DNA of 64,000 nucleotides. It comes from Lachnospiraceae bacterium. GTDB lineage: Bacteria > Bacillota > Clostridia > Lachnospirales > Lachnospiraceae. How positions within the stretch are numbered: position 1 is the stretch's first letter; the number at the start of each line of letters is the position of its first letter. The stretch lies in contig JAFSGY010000075.1 in the NCBI GenBank assembly GCA_017440575.1, positions 822-64,821 on the forward strand. The letters are read 5' to 3'. The notes under the pieces are model-generated. The model was not told the DNA's origin and searched no databases. It saw only the letters and a program-made list of their open reading frames with translations. Positions 63,243 to 64,000 of this stretch are shown here, in pieces. The translations under genes were made by a program, and so were the position numbers.

Positions 63243-64000
63243 ATGAAAATACTTTTATATGATCATTGGAAATTTCATCTGGCAGAAAATGCAAAGCCGG
63301 ATTTTACAAAGTTAGATACTTATGAATGGAGAGCAGTTCAGCTTCCCCATGATTGGAGTACGGATTACCCTTTTGATGAAAATGCAAATACAAGCGGTTC
63401 AGGAGGATATGCAAGGGCTGGAATTGGCTGGTATTGGCGTTCCTTTGAAGTGAAAAAGGAGGACAATGAGCGTGTCCTTTTATACTTTGAAGGAATCTAT
63501 ATGAATAGCTCGGTGTATGTAAATGGAAGCCTTGCAGGTGGACATGTATATGGTTATACACCTTTTGAGCTTGATGTGACAGAGCTGGTAAAGGAAGGCA
63601 GTAATGAGGTACTGATTGTGGTAGATAATTCGTTACAGCCGGGGTCAAGATGGTATTCCGGTTCCGGTATCACCCGTGATGTATGGATGGAGACAAGAAA
63701 TACTCTGCATATAGCAAGATATGGAACCTATTGTGTAACAGAACTGGAGCAGGAAAAAGCCAGTCTACAAGTATCTGTAACTATTCATGATGAAAATATA
63801 TCCTGCAAGGATTCGGTAAAGCTTATCGTAACCTTATATGCGCCGGACGGCACAAAGGTAGCAGAATCAGAAGCTTTTGCTACTAAGGAATGGAAAGCGG
63901 GAGACTTGGAAGCTTTGGTTATGAATGGAAAAGATTCCAAAGAAGTGCCAAGGCTGTGGACAAATACCATAAACACAGAGCTTCTTGTGGAAAATCCTGT
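63243..64000 (+). CDS. GH2 glycoside hydrolase (beta-galactosidase-like), runs off the window
   Basis: Own translation from ATG 63243: W.F, VQLPHDWS, GIGWY, LYFEGIYMNS.VYVNG, YGYTPF, SRWYSGSGI.RDV; absent from the ORF track because it has no stop. Confidence 0.9.
   Translation, partial: MKILLYDHWKFHLAENAKPDFTKLDTYEWRAVQLPHDWSTDYPFDENANTSGSGGYARAGIGWYWRSFEVKKEDNERVLLYFEGIYMNSSVYVNGSLAGGHVYGYTPFELDVTELVKEGSNEVLIVVDNSLQPGSRWYSGSGITRDVWMETRNTLHIARYGTYCVTELEQEKASLQVSVTIHDENISCKDSVKLIVTLYAPDGTKVAESEAFATKEWKAGDLEALVMNGKDSKEVPRLWTNTINTELLVENP

Noticed and set aside
471-63976. Many short minus-strand and nested ORFs in the ORF track
   Set aside because: They are antisense or off-frame shadows of well-supported genes; only the IS3 fragments and LytTR 52466-53185 are credible on the minus strand.
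1-64000. tRNA/rRNA genes, reverse transcriptase or DGR
   Set aside because: No cloverleaf or rRNA-like segment, no RT motifs and no template/variable repeat pair noticed by eye.

Overview
Low-GC Bacillota (Clostridia; gene order and proteins look Lachnospiraceae-like) chromosomal window, almost all genes on the + strand. Left flank (1-8.8 kb) is housekeeping: pyk, guanylate kinase, yaaR, holB, yaaT, tRNA methyltransferase, a glycoside-hydrolase-like lipoprotein, rsmI, acpP, spmA. Right flank (53.3-64 kb) has sdaAB/sdaAA, spmB, a receiver-less Spo0A-like protein, an MCP and a sugar ABC/LacI/GH2 locus. Between them is a ~44 kb accessory region (about 8.9-53.2 kb) built around an atypical type VII secretion system. 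It encodes an FHA-bearing EssC-type ATPase, an EsaB/YukD protein, five WXG100 proteins plus one WXG-like protein, a lipase effector with its export domain at the C-terminus, a PT-TG-type effector, candidate immunity genes and DUF4176. I see no EsaA, EssA or EssB. In their place are a TPR receptor Ser/Thr kinase, a YARHG pseudokinase, a vWA-TM-FHA protein and two families of single-pass proteins with a constant N-terminal module (TM-TPR or zinc ribbon) and variable extracellular domains. Three promoters in the region (plus a weaker fourth) share a 21-bp-period direct repeat placed 42 bp before a -10 box, consistent with a regulon of the two orphan LytTR regulators in the region. All family calls come from motif recognition by eye; no database search was run.
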